Positions 24,423 through 34,284 are shown, counted from the whole stretch's first letter. The stretch: 54,311 nucleotides of DNA, filler included, from Circinaria calcarea (GCA_051942165.1; 4 parts of 4 records of this genome joined end to end with filler, not necessarily neighbours in it), one strand, 5' to 3'. Numbers and translations: made by a program. Notes: a model not told the origin generated them from the sequence alone.

Positions 24423-25205
24423 ATGCCTTTCCTCTTAAGCCCGGTATTGATCAGTTCCAGGCTTCCAAACAGCGCCGGGTCTATCTTCCCGTTTCTCAAG
24501 TTACCCGTCGAGCTCCAATTCAAGATTCTTGAGGAGATCTTAGGCCATAGGGTTATTCATCTCACGGATGGCCTTCGAAATTGTCATTATTTTCTTTGGG
24601 ACATATGCTGGACGCATACCGAAATAATTTGGCACCCTATTGGCGGTATTCGGGAAATATACCCACGTCGTTCGCTGCCAAGCACGGGTATCCAACAAAC
24701 TTGCAGGTGGATCTCAAATGTCAGGGATGAGATATTATTAAGGACGGGCAAATTCACGTTCCATCAGCCTAAGGTGTTTATTGAGTTCCTTGAGAACAAC
24801 CGGTTTCACCGAGGGTCAATTCGGCACCTTCATATCATCGTGATGCAATCAACTACGGACGATTTAGACACGTGGAATGGAGCCCTTTCATCTGATGCAA
24901 TCCGCAGTCTTTCAGGTCTTCGAACGATACATGTGGATATCGCAATACACCTTAAGTGGGAGCAACATTTCCCGCAAACATGTATGGAGGGTTTAGCACG
25001 GTTCTCGAAGCTGAAACTCAATACAATCTCGGTGAAGGTGCATGCCGAATATCATTCCCTCAAGGACGTGGGCATGGCCCATGATTCGTGGGATGATTTT
25101 CTTCAGGCGTACTGGGCGAGAAGTGATGCCAAGCTGGACTATGCGAGCAGGGTCGTGAAGCTGATGAAAGGGGAAATAGGTTCTTTGCTGGTGGATGAAG
25201 ATTAG
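24423..25205 (+). CDS. F-box-like / DUF7730-like hypothetical protein
   Basis: FPFLKLPVELQFKILEEILGHRVIHL ... QTCRWI..E.LL...F.F ... IRHLHI ... LSGLRTIHV. Confidence 0.7.
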   Translation: MPFLLSPVLISSRLPNSAGSIFPFLKLPVELQFKILEEILGHRVIHLTDGLRNCHYFLWDICWTHTEIIWHPIGGIREIYPRRSLPSTGIQQTCRWISNVRDEILLRTGKFTFHQPKVFIEFLENNRFHRGSIRHLHIIVMQSTTDDLDTWNGALSSDAIRSLSGLRTIHVDIAIHLKWEQHFPQTCMEGLARFSKLKLNTISVKVHAEYHSLKDVGMAHDSWDDFLQAYWARSDAKLDYASRVVKLMKGEIGSLLVDED

Positions 25206-27110
25206 GTGCTTCGAGTTATGACAGGATGAAGAACTCCGAGTCACAGCAGAGAGGAGAGGTTTCTAGGCACAATAATATTTTCTCTTTCGCCACCACCCCA
25301 TTATCATCAGCATAAGGACGCAGTGTCTATTCCATTCGCAGCCTCCGAAACCTCTATGCCCGATTTTGATTCTTCCCGTGAACGAGTCTCTTTCTCCTCC
25401 TCCTCGTCCTTGGCCTCTTCTTCCTTGTCGTCCTTCACCTTTTCCATCTCACCCCTTCTCCCTCTTGATCGTCAGTACCGATGCATAGACGCTTGAAGCT
25501 TGTGCGTTTCCACTTGAAGATAAACCCCACTCGTCAAATCCACGCCAGCGAAAGCGGAACTCTCAAAAATCCTTTTTGGCTGTTGCTCTCCTGGGGCGTC
25601 CTGGCCCTCGTTGTTTAACACCGGAAGGCTTATTCGAGGTTAGTAGGGTTTGGCGATGGGAGAAACGCGTGCGCAAAAGCGCGGATATACTTGTAATGCG
25701 AAGATTACAGCTGTTACGAAGAGTCGAGGACTTGGAAGATGCTGTTGCTCATCTGGAATATAACGAACGCACTGCTCCAGGTGCCCCTCAGCGATCCGAA
25801 GGGTCAATACGGTTTAAATAGTCTAAAGAGCGAAGGCTCTGATAATAATTCGGCAGTGAAGAAGAGTAAGAAGCTATACCCCTGCTATTACGCCATCGCG
25901 TGCAACATTCACCGGCTGATGATAAAACATATGAAGAAGGTTCTAGAAGTCAGTCCGAAATAACTCCGACATAGATTGAGAAGCTTTCGTCCACTCGCCG
26001 GATTGCATGACCATAATGCTTTATATGAGGGTGTTTATATATGATTGGGTTGCTTATTTATACGCAGTCTAAGCTTGCTTATTACTGATCTTGCACTGGC
26101 TATGCCGGATTTACTTTGTATACACCTGCCATTTAGGCATGTGAGGCCGCAATGCAGCCGGAAGAAATGAGAGGTCTACAGCCGGCCCGGCCAGGGAAAA
26201 GGAAATGGGCACGAACGCTCAGCTCGGCATAGAGCAGTACAGGCAGGAGAACTTCGTAAGAACACCCCCCTTTCCTTCTACCTTCACACTCTTTTGTAAG
26301 CTAATACCCGGAATGCAGCAAATACGGAACGCCGCCTCGAGTGACTTTCGTTTCGACTTCGGACGAGAAACCGGCGTGGAGGCACTTACAACTAGAGGGG
26401 GAAGAGACTACCCTAGAGGAACGCAGGGTCCATGCTGCCAGACCAACATGTTAAGGGATAGCGGGAGTTTTCTCCTACGTAGCTCTATAGTCAAATTAAT
26501 ACACATAGACGGTAGTTACCATAGCCAATACAGCCTTTTCCACCCTGTATTATCTCACAGTATTCTAACAACGAAAAGGATGGTTACTTCAGCTTCTTAT
26601 TGCAAACGGGTTCCCCACTGGCGCTGTTGCGGCAGTTATCGTGGTCATAGCCGGTGTACTAACCCAAGGGCAGCGAGTGTAATGCCATTATCGCCCCAGA
26701 CGAGGGAGCTCAGATCATTAGCAGCTATTCTTTATTCCCTGATTTCGTCTCCACGGCATATGCTAAACTCACAAAGAATAGTTTTCGAAAGTTGTGTGAC
26801 CTTCTCCAGAAAGACGACCTACGGACTGATGGAATCAAGCGCACGCCTCGAGAAGAATTTCTTAAAGCGATACAAATATTCTCTAGAGAATTTAAAGACA
26901 ATAGCTAGAAAGCGTGGCAGCAACTCCTCTGCTTATAATAGATTTACTGATGAAATGAGGTGGTAGGGGCATAGACATAGTCCACCTACATCTGAGGTTC
27001 GTTCCTGCTGACCCTTTTAAAGCAGCCAACTATTAACCCCTTGTCTGTTCGCGGCTTCCACGACAGCCATCTATCCTGCTCTCTCTCCTGGCACTACTGC
27101 TGCCCGCCCC

Positions 27111-27210
27111 NNNNNNNNNNNNNNNNNNNNNNNNNNNNNNNNNNNNNNNNNNNNTTAATTAATTAANNNNNNNNNNNNNNNNNNNNNNNNNNNNNNNNNN
27201 NNNNNNNNNN
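27111..27210. other. Artificial contig spacer
   Basis: N44-TTAATTAATTAA-N44. Confidence 0.97.
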
Positions 27211-27222
27211 TAAAGGAATTAT

Positions 27223-27352
27223 TTACCCGGGGGTGAGAAAAGGTTTAATTTTCTCACCCCCGGGTAAGTTTTTTCAGTTTCTCACCCCCGGGTAAGTTTT
27301 CTCGATTTCTCACCCCCGGGTAAGTTTTTTCAGTTTCTTACCCCCGGGTAAT
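27223..27352. repeat. 28-bp tandem repeats (TTTCTCACCCCCGGGTAAGTTTT...) x4 plus one inverted copy; likely DNA-transposon subterminal repeats
   Basis: Direct units at 27250, 27278, 27306 and 27334; inverted copy TTACCCGGGGGTGAGAAA at 27223-27240. Confidence 0.8.
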
Positions 27353-27928
27353 TTATTATATATTCTAATTCATTAAGTAGGATAATCGCGAGCTGAATGG
27401 CGGGTCGCATTCTATTATTAAAATTATAATTTCTAATAATAATTTGATGCTGAAATTAATATTATATATCATTTTTCTTTTCCGGTAGATTCTCGGGTTA
27501 TTATATTAAATTATTCGGTTTAATATCTAATTTTTTAAATTTATATATAATTTGAAAATTGAATTCTAAAAAGAACTCAGTTCATTTTATTTGACGGCGG
27601 TTTAATTATTTTATAATTATAAAATATTTAAGATTTTTATAATTTATAATTATTTTAATCGGGTTTTTAATAAGTATTTTTATTAATTCCGGGTATTATT
27701 TTTTAAAGGCGCGGATAATTATTAATAATTTTTTATTATAAATCTCGTAATTATATTCCTGGGGTAATATTTTCTTTAATATAAAAGCAACTGAGTGTAA
27801 TATTTCTTTTTTATTTTTCTATAAAAATATTATTATTACCACGTAGTCCGAAGCGTTAGACTCGATTTATATTTTTTTATTAAAATTAAAATATATAAGA
27901 ATAAGCGCCGTGGTGAAAACTAGTTTTA
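27353..27928. other. Very AT-rich, TpA-rich relic (heavily RIP-mutated repeat)
   Basis: Abrupt AT enrichment, abundant TA, few CA/TG, with surviving CCGG/CGCG islands. Confidence 0.75.
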
Positions 27929-28101
27929 TGTCACGGTTTTAGCGTCACGTGTCACGGGTTAACATAACACCGACCCGCTTCGCGGGCCGGGTCGCGGCCG
28001 AGATCAGGTGACCCACAATGTATTTAGCTTCTGCAGTGTGGGGATTCCATCCCCACACTTAAATCATAGTAAATACTGGAACCCACGTTCAGTCCCTGAC
28101 A
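27929..28101 (+). repeat. LTR1 (173 bp)
   Basis: TGTCACGG...CCCTGACA; differs from LTR2 at 4 positions. Confidence 0.95.
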
Positions 28102-28103
28102 TA

Positions 28104-28113
28104 ATTTAAGTGT
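28104..28113 (+). promoter_or_regulatory. Primer-binding site complementary to the element's own LTR (self-priming type)
   Basis: ATTTAAGTGT is the reverse complement of ACACTTAAAT at 28055-28064. No TGG tRNA-type PBS is present. Confidence 0.75.
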
Positions 28114-28310
28114 CGCATCTTAATACAGCAGTGAGATTCCTGCTGACTACGTTGCTGAGACTAGCTACCGCCGAAAGAGAGCGTGCTACGAAGACAGACC
28201 AGACTCACGCCTGCCGAAAGAGAGCGGCGTGTTACACAAGACGCGAAGTTGACACTACTGCAGTGTCACCATCAGGCAAACTGGCTAAAGAGAGTAAGCC
28301 AGGAAGGACC

Positions 28311-29888
28311 ATGGTGTCGGGACCCAGTACTGCAGCCAGATTACAGGGTTCCATCGAGGAAGACACTCAAGGCACTATGATGGATGATCGCCAGCACCCC
28401 GCAGTCGAGGATGAACTCTACGACTCAGACCGAGAAATACCCCCTTCAGACACAGACAAGGGTAAAGGGAAAACCAAAAAGCAGCCACGGAGACGGTATA
28501 CTATCGACGTGGAAGATGACGGTGATATGATCATACTGGCAGACGAACACGCTCAGAAAGTTTTAGCTAAGGTCGATACACCAGAAGAATTCGTGAATAA
28601 TGCGCAACAACACCCAGAAGTATGGTGTCAAGGCATTAAGGACCTAGTTCGAAGTATCGTGCACATCCGCGAAGGTCATCACAATCTTTCGCAACAAAAT
28701 CAACAACTTGGCTTAGACATTGGGCATGAGAAAAGCGCTAGAAGGAAAGATATTGCAGTCCTTAAGCTCGCCCAGAAAGAGGTTGGACAACTCCAACTTG
28801 ATAATGAAAGAATCCGTAAGCTGCGTGATCGTTGGCGGACTCAAGCTGAAGAAACAGAGAAAAAGAAAGAAGAAATCTATGGAGAATTGGTGCTGATGAG
28901 AGCTCTCTATGGTCCACTCCGGAATGATCTTGATGAACCAATTGATTCAGATGACGAGCAACATCGCCGTGACTTTCCTATAAGCCGGCACACCCCAGCC
29001 ACTACCACGACTTCTGGTAAAGAAGGTCACAATAAGAAATATCCTGATGTGGCGAACTTCCGTGGCGAGGATGATAGGGAAGAATGGGAGCAATGGAGAA
29101 TGCACCTTGAAACGAAATTTCGACAGAGTTCAGTTCTCTTTGGCAGTGAACAGGATAAGATTGATTATATCCGTGATCATTGTAAAGGAACTGCGTTTAA
29201 TGTGATTAAAGCGCGGGCCAACCCCAAGTACGACAATGCTTACAGGACAGCTGAAGAGGCAATACAAGATTTGGAAAACATGTTTGGAGAATACGACAAG
29301 GTAGCAAAGGCTGACGCTCGCCTACATGATGCTAAGTTCCCGATGGGTGCCGTTAACAAGAACGAATCCTTCGACGAATTCCTTGCACGATTTACCTCCA
29401 CCGTCACGTTATTGGAACTTACAGACCTTCAGGTTATGTCGAATCTGAAGCGTTGCCTGAGTCCTCGCATTCAGTATAAGGTATTGGACGGCACTACGTA
29501 CCTGGACTCGAACCAGCTTATCAAACGCTGTAGACAATGCGATTTGGACTTCCAACAGACAGATAGTCTTAGTGCCAAACGAGGAAACAAGACCACCAGT
29601 AACGCCGCGAAAGGCACACCGAACACGAGCACTACCACAAGTGCCGCAGATGCCAATCAGCGTACCACAAAACCCAAACGGAGACACCCACAGCATGTGA
29701 TGGACAAGCTGTTCAAGGAAAACCGATGCTTCAAATGCTTGAAGGTCGGACACCAGGCTAAAGATAAAGATGCTCCCTGTAAAGGAGAGGCCTACCCGAC
29801 TGCTGAACAGGTCGCGGTCCAGTTAAAAGCGATCGGGGTCGAGGTGGACTACCCTGCCGAACTCGAAGGCAGTTCGGAAAACAAGTAG
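28311..29888 (+). CDS. gag: Gag, copy A (525 aa from first ATG)
   Basis: Coiled coil, capsid-like YPDVANFRG..WEQWRMHLETKF and C-terminal knuckle CFKCLKVGH..C. Confidence 0.9.
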   Translation: MVSGPSTAARLQGSIEEDTQGTMMDDRQHPAVEDELYDSDREIPPSDTDKGKGKTKKQPRRRYTIDVEDDGDMIILADEHAQKVLAKVDTPEEFVNNAQQHPEVWCQGIKDLVRSIVHIREGHHNLSQQNQQLGLDIGHEKSARRKDIAVLKLAQKEVGQLQLDNERIRKLRDRWRTQAEETEKKKEEIYGELVLMRALYGPLRNDLDEPIDSDDEQHRRDFPISRHTPATTTTSGKEGHNKKYPDVANFRGEDDREEWEQWRMHLETKFRQSSVLFGSEQDKIDYIRDHCKGTAFNVIKARANPKYDNAYRTAEEAIQDLENMFGEYDKVAKADARLHDAKFPMGAVNKNESFDEFLARFTSTVTLLELTDLQVMSNLKRCLSPRIQYKVLDGTTYLDSNQLIKRCRQCDLDFQQTDSLSAKRGNKTTSNAAKGTPNTSTTTSAADANQRTTKPKRRHPQHVMDKLFKENRCFKCLKVGHQAKDKDAPCKGEAYPTAEQVAVQLKAIGVEVDYPAELEGSSENK

Positions 29889-29915
29889 TCCCTGGCGATA
29901 GTCGCCACCAGGGAC
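29876..29915 (+). promoter_or_regulatory. -1 programmed ribosomal frameshift signal, copy A
   Basis: G_GAA_AAC (29876-82), 5-nt spacer, then hairpin GTCCCT-GGCGA-TAG-TCGCC-ACC-AGGGAC. The -1 frame is open into pol. Confidence 0.82.
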
Positions 29916-32900
29916 AATTGGAAACCCAATTGCGCAGAAGAATACAAGAGTTAGAAGCCACAATTGTTGCTTCCTGCGCCACCGTTAGTGTGTCATCTTG
30001 CTGCGTGGATACAGAACCATCTTTGCAGGATGGTAGACAATTTGACTTCGACTCGACCATACGTACACCGGACGGGAGCTACGTAAGGGCCAGCAGTCTC
30101 ACGGACACTGGGGCCTCGGCCGCAGGCTTCATCAACTTGACATTTGTGAGGAAGCACCAGATCCCACTAACGAAGCTGGCCAAACCGATCAACCTCCGGT
30201 TAGCAGACGACAAGCTCGCCCCCCAGATCACGCATATGGCCCAAGTAGCCTTTAAACTTGGAGGCCATACAGACGAGCTATGGTGCTTGGTAACAACGTT
30301 AGGGAAGTTCGACCTGATTCTCGGGATGCCATGGCTTGAGCAGCATGAGCCTCGAGTCCGTTTTCGAGAAAGGTCCCTGACTTTCAGCTCCGACCACTGT
30401 ATGTCCAACTGTCTGCTCCATAGCAGACCGGTGACAGTGTACAGTAAAAGTGGACCTCGGGCAGAGAAGCCAGGGGTAACACCCGGGAGAACTCAGCATG
30501 ACATCGCTGAAGTCTCCGCGTATGCGTTGTTGAAGCTCGCTGAGAGGAAAGAAAATCAAATAATCGCAATGTGGCCCAAGCAGTTTGAACAGTTGGACCG
30601 CCCTGAAACAGAAGATTTAGTGGGGTCGACCAGTGCCTTTACCACCGACGTTGCTGCCATCTCAGCAGACGATTATGACAAATTCTTCAGCAAAATGAGA
30701 AAACCCCCAGTAACAAGGACCCAGTTGAAAGAACTGGTACCACCGGACTACCACGAGTTTCTAGATGTATGGAACCCGGTGGAAGCCAACAAGCTGCCGC
30801 CGCACAGGTCGGTGGACCATAGAATTGATTTAAAAGAAGGTTCCAACCCAGTCGCGAAGAAAGCCTACGGGCTATCAAGGGACCAAGCAGCAGTGGTGAA
30901 AGGGTACATCGATGAGATGTTAGGGAAAGGATACATTAGACCCAGCACCTCCCCTTACGCTGCCCCGGTCTTAATAGTTAGGAAGCCAGATGGAGGATTG
31001 CGTGTATGCGTGGACTATAGGGCCCTGAATGCCCTGACGGTCAAGAACCGCAATGCACCACCGTTGATTAGGGAAACATTGTCCCGGTTATGCTCTGCCA
31101 GGATTTACAACAAATTCGACATTATTGCTGCCTTCAATGAAATTCGAATCAAAGAAGGGGACGAACAGAAAACAGCATTTCTCACGAGGTACGGGCTGTT
31201 TGAATATGTCGTGATGCCTTTTGGACTATGCAATGCGCCGGGTACTTTCCAGGCGTTTATTAACGAGACGTTAAGAGAATACCTTGACATCTTCTGCACC
31301 GCCTATGTCGATGATATCCTGATATATAGTGGTTCACCGGCGGAGCATACTACTCACGTGAAGAAAATCCTCCAGGCACTCCAGAGAGCGGGTTTGTATC
31401 TTGATATTAGGAAATGCGAGTTCAATGTCACTCAAGTCAAGTACTTGGGGTTGATCATCACGACAGAAGGCCTCAAGATGGACCCAAAGAAGGTAGAGAC
31501 GGTACAGCAATGGCAGACCCCAAGATGCATTAAGGATGTACAGGCATTCCTAGGCTTCGCGAACTTCTACCGAAGATTCGTGGCCGCCTATTCCAAGATT
31601 GCAGCACCACTTACTGCACTGACGAAGGGAAATCAGAAGGATTTTGCCTTCCCATGGGCAGAGGGAAGCCCAGAACAGAGAGCCTTCCAAGCCTTGAAGG
31701 GTGCTTTCACCACGGCCCCGATCCTTGTGCACTTCAACCCTGATAAGGAGGCATGGGTCGAGTCCGACGCTTCTGATTATGTGGTGGCAGCAGTGCTCTC
31801 GCAGAAAGATGAGAAAGGAGTGTTACGACCAGTCGCCTTCATGTCAAAGAAGATGTCACCCCAGGAATGCAACTACGAGATCTACGACAAAGAGTTGTTG
31901 GCCATTATTCGTGCTTTTGAAGAATGGCACCCTGAGTTGGCGGGGACCCCTGTGGAGGACCCAATCAAAGTGATTACTGATCACAAAAACCTAGAGTACT
32001 TCATGACTACGAAGCAACTAAACCGCCGCCAAGCACGATGGGCGGAATTCCTGTCCGAATTCAACTTCCGGATAACATACAGACCAGGGAGATTAGGCAT
32101 GAAGCCTGATAGCCTGACTCGGCGGCCTGGAGACCTGCCAGAAGAAAACGATGATGCCCGACATCAGTTCCAGCATCAGACCGTTATTAGGGATTACAAC
32201 CTCAGTAACGGAATGCGACCAGCTATCCAGCTTGCAACCATTATACTCGACGAGTTCGAGTGCACGGCGACCTACTTGGCTGCACTAATTTATGACCTTA
32301 GTGAAGGGGGTTCCGGGGAAGAGGAGCAACTAGAGGAATCGACCCCGCGAACCCCTGAGGTAGGGCCACCTGTAGAGGAGTCAATAGAAGAATCTACAGG
32401 CGACCCCCCTACTACTGGGCCAGAGATTATGGAGCAAGTACGAGCTGCGTACGAGGACGATGATACTGTTCAGAGGATCATGCAGGCTAAGGAAGCTGGA
32501 AAGAGGAAAATCCCGTTTGATATCGCCCATAAAGAACATATTAAACTTGAGCTGGGCGAGTGCACAATACATGATGGTCTTCTCTACGTAGGAGAGAGGC
32601 TATACGTACCACAGACCGAGGATCAGACCCTACGAACCAAAGTGCTAAAGGAGGTGCATGAATCACCCCCGGGAGGGCATGCAGGCCGGACTTCGACATA
32701 TGACAGACTGAGCCGGTACTACTACTGGCCACGCATGACAGACTCAGTGGCAAGGTATGTTAAGAGCTGTCATACCTGCAAGAGGTCGAAGAGCTACAGA
32801 GAAGGCAAGCAAGGCTTGCTTAAACCCCTGCCTATCCCAGAGAGATACTGGACAGATATTTCAGTGGACTTTATCACCCCCTTACCGTACTGCCACAGGT

Positions 32901-34066
32901 ACGGAAGGAACTATCAGCATATTATGGTAGTGGTTGACAGGCTGTCAAAGAAAAAGAAGTTTATACCACTCGACTCTCTGGAGGTAGAGGCAGTGGTGCA
33001 AGCGTTCGTGGAATGGGTCTGGAGAGAGGAGGGATACCCGAAAACAGTGGTTTCGGACAGAGGGACCCAGTTCACATCGCACTTCTGGGACCGACTATGT
33101 AAGAGAATTGGTACTAAGCCAAAGATGTCGACATCCTTCCACCCCGAAACAGACGGACAGACAGAAAGCGCGAATGCTGCATTAAAACAGTACTTACGCG
33201 CCTACGTCAATTACGACCAAGACAACTGGGTAGATTTCCTACCGATCGCTGAATTCGAGGCCAATTCAGACAGGAACGACTCCACAGGGATAGCCCCATT
33301 CCTCGCCACAAAAGGGTACCTACCACGTTCAGGAACAGAACCACCGGGCCCGTGGGACGAAGAACTAACCGCCCCAGCACGAACAGAACTGAAGGCGGCA
33401 GATGGGTTCATTAAGAAGATAGAAGACATCAGAACCTATTTAAGAGAACAACTGAAATGGGCACAGGCTCTGCAATCAGAGCAAGCAAATCGGAATCGCC
33501 AAGCTGCCCCGGAGTTCCGAGAGGGAGACATGGTAATGCTGGACGCGCGTAATATTAAAACGATGCGTCCAACTAAATCACTGGATCATAAGAATCTGGG
33601 TCCTTTCAAGATAGTGAGAGTAATCAATAACATGGCTTATGAATTAGAACTGCCCGATTCGATGAAAGGATTATTCCCTGTCTTCCACCCATGGCTGTTA
33701 CACTTGGACAATAGCGACCCTTTGCCAGGACAGACGGAACCGCCTCCACCTCCGGTTACAGTGGACACGGACACCGAAACCGGAGAGTACTACGCAGAGG
33801 AAATCCTGGACGCAAAGATGGATAAAAGACGGAAAGACCCGGTGACAGGCGAAAAGGGATGCTTAATGTATAAGATTAGGTACTCGGGCTATGACACCTA
33901 CAACACGATACCAGGATGGCAAGTATGGACAGACGCCGCAGGATCACCGGATCTAATAGCAGACTTCCACCACAAGCATGGAGGCAGGAAACCGGGGCCC
34001 CACGAGAGCTTCAGGACGCCGGAAGGATGGGCCCCCTTATTGGGCATGCTAATCAGCTCGACTTAG
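29876..34066 (+). CDS. pol: Pol, copy A (protease, RT, RNase H, integrase, chromodomain), expressed as a Gag-Pol fusion
   Basis: LTDTGAS; LRVCVDYRALN, MPFGLCNAP, YVDD; ESDASD, TDHKNL; HHCC and DDE (VDFI, SDRG, QTE); GPF; EYYAEEILD..YKIRYSGY chromodomain. Confidence 0.96.
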   Translation, partial: GKQVVPGDSRHQGQLETQLRRRIQELEATIVASCATVSVSSCCVDTEPSLQDGRQFDFDSTIRTPDGSYVRASSLTDTGASAAGFINLTFVRKHQIPLTKLAKPINLRLADDKLAPQITHMAQVAFKLGGHTDELWCLVTTLGKFDLILGMPWLEQHEPRVRFRERSLTFSSDHCMSNCLLHSRPVTVYSKSGPRAEKPGVTPGRTQHDIAEVSAYALLKLAERKENQIIAMWPKQFEQLDRPETEDLVGSTSAFTTDVAAISADDYDKFFSKMRKPPVTRTQLKELVPPDYHEFLDVWNPVEANKLPPHRSVDHRIDLKEGSNPVAKKAYGLSRDQAAVVKGYIDEMLGKGYIRPSTSPYAAPVLIVRKPDGGLRVCVDYRALNALTVKNRNAPPLIRETLSRLCSARIYNKFDIIAAFNEIRIKEGDEQKTAFLTRYGLFEYVVMPFGLCNAPGTFQAFINETLREYLDIFCTAYVDDILIYSGSPAEHTTHVKKILQALQRAGLYLDIRKCEFNVTQVKYLGLIITTEGLKMDPKKVETVQQWQTPRCIKDVQAFLGFANFYRRFVAAYSKIAAPLTALTKGNQKDFAFPWAEGSPEQRAFQALKGAFTTAPILVHFNPDKEAWVESDASDYVVAAVLSQKDEKGVLRPVAFMSKKMSPQECNYEIYDKELLAIIRAFEEWHPELAGTPVEDPIKVITDHKNLEYFMTTKQLNRRQARWAEFLSEFNFRITYRPGRLGMKPDSLTRRPGDLPEENDDARHQFQHQTVIRDYNLSNGMRPAIQLATIILDEFECTATYLAALIYDLSEGGSGEEEQLEESTPRTPEVGPPVEESIEESTGDPPTTGPEIMEQVRAAYEDDDTVQRIMQAKEAGKRKIPFDIAHKEHIKLELGECTIHDGLLYVGERLYVPQTEDQTLRTKVLKEVHESPPGGHAGRTSTYDRLSRYYYWPRMTDSVARYVKSCHTCKRSKSYREGKQGLLKPLPIPERYWTDISVDFITPLPYCHRYGRNYQHIMVVVDRLSKKKKFIPLDSLEVEAVVQAFVEWVWREEGYPKTVVSDRGTQFTSHFWDRLCKRIGTKPKMSTSFHPETDGQTESANAALKQYLRAYVNYDQDNWVDFLPIAEFEANSDRNDSTGIAPFLATKGYLPRSGTEPPGPWDEELTAPARTELKAADGFIKKIEDIRTYLREQLKWAQALQSEQANRNRQAAPEFREGDMVMLDARNIKTMRPTKSLDHKNLGPFKIVRVINNMAYELELPDSMKGLFPVFHPWLLHLDNSDPLPGQTEPPPPPVTVDTDTETGEYYAEEILDAKMDKRRKDPVTGEKGCLMYKIRYSGYDTYNTIPGWQVWTDAAGSPDLIADFHHKHGGRKPGPHESFRTPEGWAPLLGMLISST

Positions 34067-34284
34067 GGCTGACTAATGGAAGCTTAGGATCCTGGACATG
34101 TGTCGATATACCGAATCAAGGTGGTGCTCTTCTAGTCAATAGAATCACTACTGAACGACTGAGGAGGTTGACTCGTATGCCTGCACAGCACGCCTTTGCT
34201 TACCAGTTAGATCAGCACCGAAGCAGCTGTATTACACCCAGAAGATAGGGGGGACTACAAGAGACGTCGCCGGAGCTCGTGTTT

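Noticed and set aside
26205..26966. 253-aa ORF, and a faint PIF/Harbinger-like phrase (LTKNSFRKLCDLLQ) in another frame
   Set aside because: The ORF is not protein-like, and the alternative-frame similarity is too short to call without a search.
27250..27352. CRISPR-like array
   Set aside because: Eukaryotic context and 5-nt recurring linkers rather than unique spacers. The same applies to the repeats at 2284, 24015 and 46052.
28110..28310. N-terminal Gag extensions from the ORF track (GTG starts at 28110 and 34552)
   Set aside because: Indels between A and B put this region in different frames; its conservation is better explained by leader RNA structure.
29886..29888. Gag-pol expression by stop-codon readthrough
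   Set aside because: pol is in the -1 frame, not in frame with gag.
34027..34248. Possible third ORF after pol (73 aa in A; 40394-40699 in B)
   Set aside because: Differences between A and B are mostly non-synonymous, the stop position differs, and there are no env-like features. More likely a conserved 3' UTR.
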